Assembly: GCF_006345805.1 (NCBI RefSeq)
Contig: NC_043007.1
Span: forward strand, 53,940,001 to 54,004,000
Length of the DNA: 64,000 bases
Direction: 5' to 3'
Source of the DNA: Octopus sinensis
Lineage: Eukaryota
Program-made: the position numbers and the translations under genes
The notes under the pieces: model-generated
The model's input: the letters and a program-made list of their open reading frames with translations, nothing else
Database searches by the model: none
What the model was told of the DNA's origin: nothing
Shown here: piece by piece, positions 1 to 12,443 of the stretch
Position numbering within the stretch: the first letter of the stretch is position 1
Layout of the letters: each line of letters begins with the position of its first letter

Positions 1-225
1 ACTACTGTGATCTGTTCAATTAACTTTCTGAACCCATATTGTTTTGAAACAGGCCTAACAGTTACGATTAAAGGAATTAGCCAATTGGAAATAGATCAAC
101 GGTTTAAGTGAATGCTCCCTGAACCTTAATATTTCTAATATTTAATATGCATAGGTTAAATATCTTTAATGACTGCTCCCTAACCCCCATTATAATTTTA
201 AATATCGTTATATATTTAATATATA

Positions 226-3200
226 GGGTAAGGTAATCGAGGTAGTCAGAGTAAGTGACAGAGTAATTAAAATTAGATTAGTCCTTCACCACAGGACAGC
301 TACCATCATCTCGGCATATGCCCCTCAACCAGGACTACCAGAAGGACAAAAAGACCAATTCTATGACACCCTATTGCGGACTACCTCGTTGACAAATGAC
401 AGTGACCTTCTCTTCGTGGCAGGTGATTTCAATGGACATGTCGGACGGCATGTCGGGGGCTTCCATGGCGTCCATGGAGGCTACGGTTTTGGCTCTCGAA
501 ATGAGGAGGGAACCAGGCTGCTGGAGTTCTGCGATGCAAATGACCTTATGGTCTGCAATACCAACTTCAGGAAACCCACCTCTCACCTAGTCACCTACCG
601 TTCTGGCAGACACACCAGCCAGATTGACTACATCCTTGCCAGAAAAAGGGAAAGAGGGCTGATTATAAATGCCAAAACCTTTCCAGGCGAAGAATGTACT
701 TCTCAACATAGATTAGTAGTCAGGATCAGAGCTAAATGGTTGCCCAGAAGAAGACCAGCTTGGAGGAGAAGGGTCTGGAAGCTTAAAGATCCTGCAAATG
801 GACAGAGATTTAGAGACATACTACTCGACGCCTTTGACGAAATAGAAGGGGGTATAGCTTCACTTAATGTGGAAGACAACTGGAGATTTCTACGGGACAA
901 TCTGCTGACAGCCACTGACCAGATCTGTGGATAGAGCAAAGTACCATCTCGACCCAGAGTAACATGGTGGTGGAACACTGTGGTTGACAGGGCTATTAGA
1001 CAAAAGAGACAGGCTTGGAAGGACTGGAAGAACAGTGGTAGCAGGGAATTGTATCAGACAGCCAGAAGGGAAGCTAGGAGACAGGTTTATTTAGCCAGAG
1101 GGGAAGCGGATAAGAAAAAATTTGCCAATGTTCTGCACCGTGAGGATGAAAGACTTGAGGTATTTCGTGTTGCAAGACAGTGTGTGAGAGAGAATCGTGA
1201 TGTGGTAGGAGAGAAGTGTGTTCGCATGGATGATGGTTCACTTGCGCTAAATGAGGATGCAAAGAGAGAGGTTTGGAGATGCCACTATGAAAGGTTGCTG
1301 AATAAAGAAAATGAATGGGATAAAGAGAGTCTGCCGAATGTTGACCCAACAGAGGGACCAGCTATCTGAGTTGATAGTTCCGTGGTGGCTAAGGCAATTA
1401 GAAGCATGAAGACAGGGAAAGCCCCAGGCCCATCAGGAATTACTGCAGAGATGCTCAAAATATCTGGCAGTGTCGGCTATAACCTAGTCACCCGTATAGT
1501 CAACCAGGTGATACACGAAGGAGTCATACCCAATGACTGGTGTAGCAGCATACTAGTCAACTGCTACAAAGGTAAAGGTGATGCCCTAGATACAAATAAT
1601 TACAGAGGTATCAAGCTGTTGGATCAGGTAATGAAGGTTACGGAGAGGGTCATAGCCCAACTAATTAGAGAGAGAGTTAGTTTAGATGAGATGCAGTTTG
1701 GGTTCGTGCCAGGGAAAAGCACCACTGATGCTATATTCCTGGTAAGGCAGCTGCAGGAGAAATACCTAGCCAAAGATAAGCCCCTGTACCTGGCTTTCGT
1801 TGACATGGAGAAAGCCTTTGATAGGGTCCCCCGATCCCTCATCTGGTGGTCAATGAGGAAACTAGGAATAGATGAATGGCTGGTGAGGGCTGTGCAAGCC
1901 ATGTACAGAGATGCCGTAAGTAAGGTTAGGGTTGGCAATATGTACACAGAGAAATTCAAAGTAGAGGTTGGGGTCCACCAGGGTTCAGTACTCCGCCCCC
2001 TCCTGTTTATCATAGTCCTCCAGGCAATTGTGGAGGTATTCAAGACGGGTTGCCCCTGGGAGCTCCTCTATGCTGACGACCTCGCTCTAATTGCTGAGTC
2101 ACTATCAGAACTGGAGGAGAAGTTCCAGATGTGGAAGGAGGGTTTAGAATCGAGGGGCCTTAGAGTCAACCTAGCTAAAACCAAAGTACTAATAAGTAGA
2201 AAGGTAGACAATCTAGAAATGTCCTCAGGAAGATGGCCCTGCTCGATCTGTAGAAAAGGTGTAGGTAGAAACTCTATAAGATGTACCCAGTGTAAGCTAT
2301 GGACTCATAAGAGGTGCAGCAATGTCAAAGGTAGGCTAACTGGGAAGATAGTTTTTGTATGTGGCAGATGCTCGGGAGCATTGACCTCCGAAGATCTGCA
2401 GAAAACAACTTCCGTCACTTTGCAAGGGGAAAAATTAGAAGTAGTTGATAGCTTCCGTTATCTTGGTGACCAAGTCAGTAGTGGGGGTGGGTGCGCTGAG
2501 AGTGTAACTGCTAGAATAAGAATAGCCTGGGCAAAGTTTAGGGAGCTCTTACCTCTGCTGGCGACTAAAGGCCTCTCGCTCAGAGTAAAGGGCAGACTGT
2601 ATGATGCATGTGTACGAACTGCCATGCTACATGGCAGTGAAACATGGGCCGTGACTGCTGAGGACATGCGTAAGCTCATGAGGAATGAAGCCAGTATGCT
2701 CCGATGGATGTGTAATGTCAGTGTACTTACTCGACAGAGCGTTAGTTCCTTGAGAGAAATGTTGTACCTAAGAAGCATCAGTTGTTGTGTGCAAGAGAGA
2801 CGATTGCGCTGGTATGGTCATGTGGTGAGAATGGATGAAGATAGGTGTGTGAGAAAGTGCCAATCCCTAGCAGTTGAGGGAACCCGTGGAAGAGGTAGAC
2901 CCAGGAAAACCTGGGACGAGGTGGTGAAGCACGACCTTTGAACGTTAGGTCTCACCATGGAAATGACTAGAGACCGAGACCTATGGAAGTATGCTGTGCG
3001 TGAGAAGACCCGGCAAGACTAGTGAAGCTATAACCCATGGCCCCTACCTGGGACGTAGTCAGTCCACCTGTGCATACCTTCCTGCTTGTGATACTTGTGA
3101 AGACCTGTTGAGGCAAGTGAAAGTCAAATCAAATCAAATAGATGAACATCAAGGGAATTTGTATCCTTGTGGTACCAGTGCCGGTGGCACATAAAAAACA

Positions 3201-3426
3201 CCATTCAAGCGTGACCGTCTGCCAGCCTCATCTGGCACCTGTGTCGGTGGCACATAAAATCACCCACTACACTCTCGGAGTGGTTGGCGTTAGGAAGGGC
3301 ATCCAGCTGTAGAAACACTGCCAGATCTGACTGGCCTGGTGCAGCCTTCGGGCTTGCCAGACCCCAGTTGAACTGTCCAACCCATGCTAGCATGGAAAGC
3401 GGACGTTAAACGATGATGATGATGAT
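226..3426 (+). mobile_element. RTE-clade non-LTR retrotransposon (LINE), 5'-truncated, young copy
   Basis: APE-endonuclease motifs (SAYAPQ, VAGDFNGHVG, SQIDYIL, SQHRLV), RT motifs (QFGF, FVDMEKAFD, HQGSVL, YADD at 2069-2080), a ~400-bp 3' UTR and a (GAT)n tail after GGACGTTAAAC. Confidence 0.95.
230..3022 (+). pseudogene. RTE ORF (APE endonuclease + RT with inserted PHD finger), three in-frame nonsense codons, no frameshifts
   Basis: Track ORFs 374-934, 980-1369 and 1382-2941 are in one frame, separated by TAG (932) and TGA (1367, 2939). The frame continues to TAG at 3020-3022 (..YAVREKTRQD*), matching the end of the intact C-terminus in the 45252 copy. Confidence 0.9.
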
Positions 3427-4268
3427 TTAATATCCGTACTTCAACGCTAGCCTTGGACTTAACTTAACTGGGACACAGAGCTTAGTTGCTACTATTTAAA
3501 AAAAAAAAACTAAATTTATTAGATTTTGCAGATATATACTTTAATATCCATACGATAGGAATGTAAACACTGTGAAATCTAATATACATATAACGGGGCT
3601 TATAATTTGTGGAATGGACCTTACCTGGATTTGTAATTCGAACTGAATGTTCTGGATACTTGGATTTAGCCTTTGCGTGTTGGCGGATGCGCTAAGTACT
3701 ATTCAGATTCTGTTTGTATAATATATTCATACACAAATATCTTGTTTGTGCTGAAATTCAAAAACATTTACCATTAACAATATATCCCGGACTGATCAGT
3801 TTCAACCTCTTTCTAGCAAAACAGACAGAATATGTTTGCCAAGGCAAGGTTCGTCAGCGGGACGCCTTCCTAAATCTACATGCACAGAGCGTTAGAGCCC
3901 GTGTCGATCTAACAATTTGTATATCTTAACTTTTCAAATCTCTGCGCAGACGCAAAATATACCCGGCGACATAGGGCATGCCGGTAAAAAATTTTACGAA
4001 CAAATTTATCAAGTAATATGTGAACATAATCAAAAAGGGTAATAACATAGATTAATATTACCAGTGGCCTAGCACAAAAGACGAATTAGTCATTAGACAA
4101 AATATTATTCATATAGAAAAATATTATTCATATAGAAATATAATAAAAGGCTCCCAAATAAGGAAGCTTAGTGCTAGAGACACAAAGAGGGATAAATTCA
4201 TGGAGAGAGTGAAATTCAAAAACATTTACCATTAACGATATATATATATACATAACAATATACATAAC

Positions 4269-4761
4269 GCCCCGACTGGCCTCCGTGCCGATGGCACGTA
4301 AAAGCACCATCCGTTCATGTCCGTTGCCAGCCTCGCCTGGCCCCCGTGCTGGTGGCACATAGCACCATCCGTTTGTGGCCGATGCCAGCCTCACCTGGCC
4401 GCCGTGCCAGTGTAACGTAAAAAGCACCATCCGATTGTGGCCGTTGCCAGCCTCGTCTTGCCCCCGTGCCGGTGGCACGTAGCAAACACTATCTGATTGT
4501 GGCCGTTGCAATCCTCGCTTGGCCCCCGTGCCGGTGGCACGTAAAAAGCACTATCCGTCCGTGGCCGTTTGCCAGCTCCGTCTGGCACCTGTGCGGGTGG
4601 CACGTAAAAAGCACCCACTACACTCACGGAGTGGTTGGCGTTAGGAAGGGCATCCAGCCGTAGAAACACTGCCAGATCAGACTGGGCCTGATGCAGCCTT
4701 CTGGCTTCACAGACCCCAGTTGAACTGTCCAACCCATGCTAGCATGGAAAGCGGACGCTAA

Positions 4762-4799
<38 letters not shown>

Positions 4800-4800
4800 A
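4269..4800 (+). mobile_element. Non-autonomous RTE 3'-UTR/tail element with six tandem ~60-bp modules
   Basis: Modules GTGCCGGTGGCACGTAAAAAGCACCATCC... start near 4284, 4345, 4403, 4464, 4526 and 4589, followed by the RTE tail (TTGGCGTTAGGAAGGGCATCCAG...CATGCTAGCATGGAAAGCGGACG, (GAT)n). Confidence 0.85.
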
Positions 4801-5212
4801 TATATATAAAGTGCAAGTGTGAACTTTTATACTTGGTACCTTGCTTCATGAATTTTGTTACGTTGCTTAGTGTTAAAATAACACTACTGTTGGTCTTGTT
4901 AAAAATGGTAATATATTACGTTAGGATGCACTTACTGATCTATAAGAAGCATGACAATCCAAAGTAATGTGATATACTGTTCAATGTTCTTCTTCATGTT
5001 TTTCGCACACGTGATTAATATGTACATTTTGCATGTGTGTGTATACGTATCTATATTTGTATATTTTATATGTATATATGTGTTTATGTATGTATATATA
5101 TATATATGTGTGTATATATATATGGGTATTTTGAGTATCTGTTTTACCATTTATCTTCCTGTTCTTATAGGATAGTATGGGAAGCAGGTTTTTCTTATAT
5201 ATCAATATTATT

Positions 5213-5700
5213 ATTGTGACGTATATTTGCCATTTAAATATGGCTAACCCCTAAGGGTGGATGCTACTGTAGTTTGTAGCCCCAGGAGGACACCCTCTCC
5301 AGCTGGCTATAGACACACTTTCTGTGCCCTATATTTAAATGGCAAATATACGTCACAATGTGTTGTAGCTACTGTTTATAACTCGCTCTGAGATTTATTA
5401 TTGAATATTATTATTATTATTATATTATTTTAACTTTGTAATTATGTATATCCTCTGATGAGGCCTTTGGTTATTTAAACAGATAAATATAATCTTTACC
5501 AGGTGGTGCTATTAAGTTAGACATGGCCTGGGCCAATAATGGCCGAAACCTATCAAAGTATCAAAGTAATGCCTAAGACTATACTATAATGGCATTTATG
5601 AGCAATTTAAGGTGGATTGCCTCTTGACCATAGGCTGAAACAGCTGTAAGGAGCAGTTTATTTGTATTATTTTTATTGTATTATTAATTTGCATATTGAT
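5213..5700 (+). mobile_element. Probable Penelope-like terminal-repeat relic with 29-bp inverted repeat and split hammerhead motif
   Basis: Perfect IR at 5213-5241/5331-5359; CTGATGA at 5455-5461 and GAAACAGCTGTAAGGA at 5637-5652. No ORF, so the family call is inferred. Confidence 0.5.
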
Positions 5701-6117
5701 GTATATTGTTTTGTTCGATTTTCATGTTTCTATTTATATAATTAATAAATAATATGAAATTGTAATATCTGTAAGTTGATGATCGAAATGAATTTGTTTC
5801 TCCATTTCCTTCTTTGTATTATGAATTTACGGTAAAATATTTTACCTTCACCCATCCAATACAATAAATGAATTAATTGCATTGCAATTATAAGCATTTA
5901 TGTATTTAGTATTTGGGCACTTCACCAGCAGTATATTGGATAACTGATATCCCATAGTGGGTTACCCTCATAACCCCTATCTTACTTTGTACTATATATA
6001 TATGTTTTCGGTGCGAATAGTTTTATTATACCGTGCCATATTTTAAAATGGCACCGTATAATAAAACTATTCATACTGAAAGCATATATACATACATATA
6101 TATATATATATATATGC

Positions 6118-6410
6118 TTATTATAGCCTCAGGGCGACTAAAACCTTGTGAGTGGATTTCGTATTTGGAAACTGAAAGAAGACTGTCATATATTTGTGTA
6201 TGTGTGTGCATGTGTCTCGTGCTTCTACTCCCACCATTGCTTGAGAACTGATGTTGCTGTGTTTACATTCCAGTAACATAGCGGTTTGGTAAAAGACACT
6301 GACTGAATGAGTACTAGGCTTACAAAGAATAAATTCTGTGGTTGATTTCTTTGACCAATGGCGGTGCTCCAGCATAGCCTCAGGCACATCACTGAAACAA
6401 GTGAAGCAAT
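6118..6410 (+). mobile_element. SINE (5'-truncated), family with central microsatellite
   Basis: AAACCTTGTGAGTGGATTT..GGAAACTGAAAGAAG body and GGCGGTGCTCCAGCAT..ACTGAAACAAGT tail, shared with copies at 29260, 40157, 42281, 51050 and 52770. Confidence 0.8.
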
Positions 6411-7748
6411 GAAAATCTATGCAACTTTAATCCTGAGCAAGGCTGGGTATCTCTGCTAGTTAATATAATTGATATAAGATTAACTTAATAGTATTGTTAC
6501 TAGTATAAGTGTGTCAATCTAGTTGCTACTTCTATTACTTCTAACAATAAAATTGATGAGCTGACAAAGTAGCAGTAACTTCATAAAACATTTACTTTGT
6601 CTGTATTGTCTCTGCATGCCATTGATTCTACTGTTGTATAATTAATAGAGGTGACATGGTAATTCCTTTGTCTCCTCTCCCTTTCTTCTGAAATTGTACA
6701 TAAAATTCAAATTATATAATATTATTTTTATTGTAATTTCCATTGTGGTTGTTATTGTTTTGCTTATTATTATCACTATTATCGTTAGACTTAATATTTT
6801 TTTGATAAAATACTCCTTTAATCACATTGTACATTGAAAAACAATTTTAATTACTACTTCAGATATGGATGCCCAACACAACTGGGCTGAGTATAGACTT
6901 CACTAGACCAGCACTGCCTTGCCTGTCTCCGTTCTCCCTCACAACCAAATAGTGGTGCATGGCTCAATTCAGTGCCCTCCTCATCTATCAGAACTTTTCT
7001 ATCACTCTTCTAGAGTGCACCCATATCAGGGTGGCCCAATATCTAGGTCTCTGGGTGTTCAAGCCATACAAACTTGGCTTGCAACCTTTATCCTGCAGTC
7101 TTAGTGTGGGCTGATTGCCCTGACATGCTGCTCTGAGTGACACAATCAGAAGGGGTCTTGACATGGCTGGTTTTCCATCTCAACTTGAGCTAGCCTCAAC
7201 TTGACCATGAGGATAGTAAGTGCCCCAATAGGATAACCCTGTTTCCATTCAAAGGAGGCAGATCTCTAGTCTGGGACTTGATATGCAGTGGCATGTTCAC
7301 TGGCTCCAACCTTGTAGCATCTACTGTAAACCTTGGTGTTGCTTCCTGTAATGTAAAAGAGAGAAAAGTCAATAAAAATAGGTGTCTGGCTAGCAGCTGT
7401 TAGTCTTTGCTGGTCACTGTCGAGAAGTCAGGTGTTCTAGGATGCTGTATTTCTGATTTCCCCTGCAAAATAGGGATAACGGCAGCCATCAGAGAAATAA
7501 GCCCTGAAAGGTGGAGTGGCTACTGCAGCAAGTGTCACTGGCCATTCTCTACAGCAATGCCATCACAGTCATTACTGCAGGGTACAGCTGAGCACCCCAC
7601 TTGTTCTGGGATATGTGGCCCATTGCCCCACTTCATCTTCTGCTATTTTACACTCCCCCCCTTTCTTCCTTTTCTTTCTTTTCCTTTCTCATCTCTCATC
7701 TTTCCTGTTTCTTTGTATCCGTGTGAATCTTTCAAATTTAACATAACA

Positions 7749-9356
7749 AGGGATAGATGAATGGTTAGTGAGAGCTGTGCGAGCCATGTACAGGGACGCT
7801 GTTAGTAAGGTGAGGGTTGGTAACGAGTACAGTGAAGAATTCCGGGTAGAAGTTGGGGTCCACCAAGGTTCAGTCCTCAGTCCCCTCCTATTTATCATAG
7901 TCCTCCAGGCAATAACGGAGGAATTCAAGACAGGATGCCCCTGGGAGCTCCTCTATGCTGATGACCTTGCTCTAATTGCTGAGTCACTATCAGAACTGGA
8001 GGAGAAGTTTCAGGCGTGGAAGAAAGGATTAGAATCGAAGGGCCTTAGAGTCAACCTATCTAAAACCAAAGTCCTAATAAGTAGGAAGGTAGACAAATCA
8101 CAAACGCCTTCAGGTAGATGGCCCTGCTTGATCTGTAGAAAAGGTGTAGGTAGGAACTCTATAAGGTGCAGCAATGTCAAAGGAAAGCTAACTAGGAATA
8201 TAGTTTTTGTATGTGGCAGATGCTCTGGTGCAATAAACACTGAAAATGCGCAGAGACCATCTTCCGCCACATTCCAGGGAGAAAAACTAAAAATAGTTGA
8301 TAGTTTCCGTTACCTAGGTGATCAAGTCAGTAGCGGGTGCGGTTGTGCCAAAAGTGTAACTGCTAGAGTAAGAATAGCCTGGGCAAAGTTCAGAGAGCTG
8401 AGGATATGTGTAAGCTTGCAAGAAATGAAGCCAGTATGCTCCGATGGATGTGTAATGTCAGTGTTCATACCCGACAGAGTGTAAGTGCCTTGAGAGAAAA
8501 GTTGGACCTAAGAAGCATCAGTTGTGGTGTGCAAGAGAGACGTCTACGCTGGTATGGACACGTGGTAAGAATGGATGAAGATAGTTGTGTGAAAAAGTGC
8601 CAATCCCTAGCGGTTGAGGGAACCTGTGGAAGAGGTAAACCCAGGAAAACCTGGGACGAGGTGGTGAAGCACAACCTTTGCTCTTTAGGTCTCACTGAGG
8701 AAATGACCAGAGACCGAGACCTTTGGAAGTATGCTGTGCATGAGAAGACCTGGTAGGACAAGTGAGGCCATAACCCGTGGCCCCTACCTGGGACGTAGTC
8801 AGTCCACCTATGCATACCTTCCTTCTTGGGACACATAACTCTACTTGTGAAGACCTGTTGAAGCAAGTGAAAATCAAAAAAATCAAAAAATCAAATCAAA
8901 ATCGAAATCGATCAACATCAATGGAATTTGTAGTTGTGGTACCAGTGCCGGTGACACATAACGAGAACCATCCGAACGTGGCCGTAGCCAGCACCGCATC
9001 AACTGGCCTCCATGCTGGTGGCACGTAACAAACACCATCCGATCGTGGCCGTTGCCAGCCTCGCCTGGCCTCCATGCCGGTGGCATGTAAAAAGCACTAT
9101 CTGAGCGTGGCCATTCGCCAGCCTTGTCTGGCACCTGTGTCGGTGGCACATAAAAAGCACCCGGAGTGTGCCATCTACCTGAAGGCATTTGTGATTTGTC
9201 TACGGAGTAGTTGGCGTTAGGAAGGGCATCCAGCTGTAGAAGCACTGCCAGATCTGACTGGCCTGGTGCAGCCTTCGGGCTTCCCAGACCCCAGTTGAAC
9301 CCTTCAACCCATGCTAGCATGGAAAGCGGACGTTAAACGATGATGATGATGATGAT
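7749..9356 (+). mobile_element. RTE LINE, 5'-truncated, with two internal deletions
   Basis: ORFs 7768-8484 and 8406-8756 (HQGSVL, YADD, C-terminal RGKPRKTW), 3' UTR and (GAT)n tail. Deletions near 8164 (removing part of the PHD) and near 8400. Confidence 0.93.
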
Positions 9357-10089
9357 AATTTTAAGTATACATAATAAATACATTGTTGCATATTTACCTA
9401 TGCTTGTGTCTATGTGTAAGAGACAGTATTTGTATGTGTGTCCGTTTATACAAACAAGAAAAAAATATGCTCGTTGTATCCATTGTGTATGAAACAAAAT
9501 TTGTCTTTTTTTTATGTTATTTTCAGCTTTCATCATTGTCACATTTTATGTTGATGTAAAATGTTCATGTCTGTCTGAGTGTATGATGAAATATGTACGT
9601 ATGTATGTAATGTTTATACATATATAGATATATATATGTGTTTATTCATATATAAGTTAATATGTGTATATAAACACGTTTTCTATCTTTCATACACTCT
9701 CTCTTTCTCTCTCTCTCTCTCTCTCACTCGCTGAATTTCTCTCAACAACAACTTGCCATTATAGTGAAAGTCTTTTGTTAAAGTTTGTATTATGTCATCT
9801 CTATGTTGACAGACATAGTGAAGCAAGTGCATGTGTGCATTTGAAGCAGTGTTGCATTGTTGACTATGCTGAATGACATACAGAAACACACACACACACA
9901 CGCACGCACGCGGTTGGATAATATTATGGGTATTATTTAATCACTATTATACATTTCACTTGCTAATATGAATTACTAAATTTTACATGTAGGAGGAACA
10001 CGTAAGATATTCCCTATTAGAAATTCTTCAGATGGAGAATCTCTCTGAAGAATTCCAAAAGGACACACAAGACTGTTTTTGAAATTACA

Positions 10090-10433
10090 TATGTGTTTAT
10101 TATCCTAAGCAATCTTTCGATTTACTTATCACACAGGAGGCATTACCATGAATGTCAATTCTGTTTGGATCAATTGGTATCTGACCATTTCATTAGAACT
10201 CCTGTCTCAGAATATTTTTGTATGAATATTGGCTCTCTTCTCTGGGACAAATGTAGTACATATGGCTTGCATTATTGACATGAATTCTTAAGTTTTATAT
10301 CGATGTCTTGCATAGAGAGACTTTTCAGCCAATTTTGTTGGAGTATCTGACTTTTCAATTGGTTTCCAGTCAGCCTTGTAGAAGTTTGGACTGGATAGGG
10401 TTTGGGCGCCATCTGTGTGGAATACATCTTTAA
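10090..10433 (-). mobile_element. CR1-clade LINE fragment (EN-RT linker), left of piggyBac insertion
   Basis: Minus-strand similarity to the NFHKADW/QKYVPE linker of the CR1 at 63400-63780. Confidence 0.65.
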
Positions 10434-12443
10434 CACACTGGTGTCACAATTTGTTGCTCATGAGTTTTCTCCCTTGTAGCAGCAGACACATTGTGTCACC
10501 TTGTGAGGAGTGCTTAAAAGAAACACTTTGCAAGGTTTATTTCTGGTATTTTTTAGCTGAAAATGGCCTATTTTCAATTCAGAACAAGGCTCAATTTCTA
10601 TTTTCCAACACCATTTTCATTGTTATTCATTCACCACAAGGTACACAAGCTTTTAAATTGATTGTAGTTTTTAAAATTTTTTTGCATTTAATGAAGCTTT
10701 TCTGGGAGAAATCTTTTTTGATTCAGATGATGATTTTGAAGGAGTCACTAAGGCAGATATTAATGATGAAGTGGTTGGAGGTGATGATGAGGATGATGGT
10801 AGTGTTTATAATGACAGCGAGAATGATGTACCATCCATGGCTGGCTGATTTTAAAAAACATATTGGCTCAGCTCTGAGGAGGTACCTGATGGCATTTCTG
10901 AGGCAACTTTTTTGTCTATTCCTTAATGACAAAATTATTACTTTGTCAATAAAACAAATACATATGCTAGTCAGGTGAAGGAAAAGAGAGGGACAAATAC
11001 TGGTGCTCACTTGTGCAGCAACAAATCGAAATGCACCATCTTCGAAGAAATGAAAGCATTTGTAGCAATTTCACTTCTGTGATTGGGTTTACTAAACACT
11101 CATCATTTGATTTATACTGGTCAACAGATGACTTTATTAAGATCATGGCAAGAGACAAATTTATGAGAATCCTGTCCATTTTCCAACTTCTGGGCAACTC
11201 CAAAATGAAACCAAGGAACCACCTTGAGCATGAGATCTGACTGCTTTTTAAAAAGCTTGTGCCACTTTGGCAGAAATGCTTTTATCCTGGAAAAGAACTT
11301 CCAGTGGATGTAAGTATGATTCTTTTCAAAGGAAGAACAGGCCTACTAATCTACATGCCAGCAAAACCAACCAAGTTGGGCCTAAAAGCTTGGAGGCTGG
11401 CTGACGTGGAAGTTGCACTTGAGCCAGGCACCAAGAGCAGTTGTGTTGCACATAAAATGGTTTCTTCCCTCTCAGAGAATGTGTAAAATAAGGGATATGT
11501 CATTTACAACTTTTTTCCTCACTAGCCCAACACAGAACAGGAACATGTGGCACATTACATGTAAACCACCAAGGTATGCTTGAAGAAATCAATACAGCAA
11601 GACCTCGAGCAGGCAAGTTCCCCATCAGACATAGAGATGGACACATTTTGTACACTTTCAGGTATAATAAAAGGACAGTGAATCTTCTGATGACTACTCT
11701 CTCTGCCAAGATCTTCAGAAAAGAAGTTTATTCAAAGCATCATGAAGATCATAGCAGGACTGTGTACAAACTGTGTGCTGTGCAGTCCTAGTCTCAATAC
11801 ATGGGGCAGATAGACAGAGTGGGCAAGCAGATGATGTATTACATAATGCTGCACAGATGTATGAAGTGATGGAAGAAAGTTTAATTTTACCTTTTCGAAA
11901 TATGTTTGCCAGGTTAGTGTTAGAAAGTTCAGGCTGAGAAATGTGCATTCTCTACTGGAAGGCTGCCAAGTCAGGTGTGCCTCACAGAAGAGGTAAACAA
12001 TCAGAAGCCCCTACCCTAGAAAGGCTGGTAATATAAGAACACCGCCTTGTTATTAACCTCAAGTGTCTGAAACCTGGCTGGCCTTTTAGTCCAGATTGTG
12101 CTATTTTTCAAACTGAGAGAAGCACCACCAGACCCAGTTCATGTGCAGAAAATGTGATGTAGTACTCTTTCCATACCCCTGCTTCCAGAGGTACAACATT
12201 CTGATGGATTACAAGGTAGACTGTACCCCAGAACTCCATAAACAGTGATCAAGATATGATAAAAGTATGTCAGCACATTTGTTTGTTGTTTTTTTTTTTC
12301 ATTGACAAAACATACTTGTAGAATATAATGCATTTCAAAGCAGTAGGTATTCATATTTGTTTTGCTCCCTCAAAAAAAGAAAAAGAAAAAAAGCAATGAT
12401 AAGGGAAACAATTCTAGGGGCAAATCATTGTGCCACAGGTTAA
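10430..12443 (+). mobile_element. piggyBac-family DNA transposon, degenerate, TTAA target-site duplication
   Basis: Transposase remnants YWSTDDF..MARDKF, PGKELPVDVSMILFKGR, YMPAKPTKLGLKAW, YMGQIDRV and a C-terminal Cys pair. TTAA at 10430-10433 and 12440-12443, with degenerate inverted ends. The flanking CR1 is collinear across the TTAA. Confidence 0.8.

Noticed and set aside
703-2778. Antisense ORFs overlapping the RTE
   Set aside because: They are shadows of the RTE coding strand and recur only where RTE copies lie; there is no independent coding signal.
6860-7620. GC-richer island with a strong minus-strand acceptor near 7345
   Set aside because: All frames close within about 50 codons and no family is recognisable; probably an old repeat.
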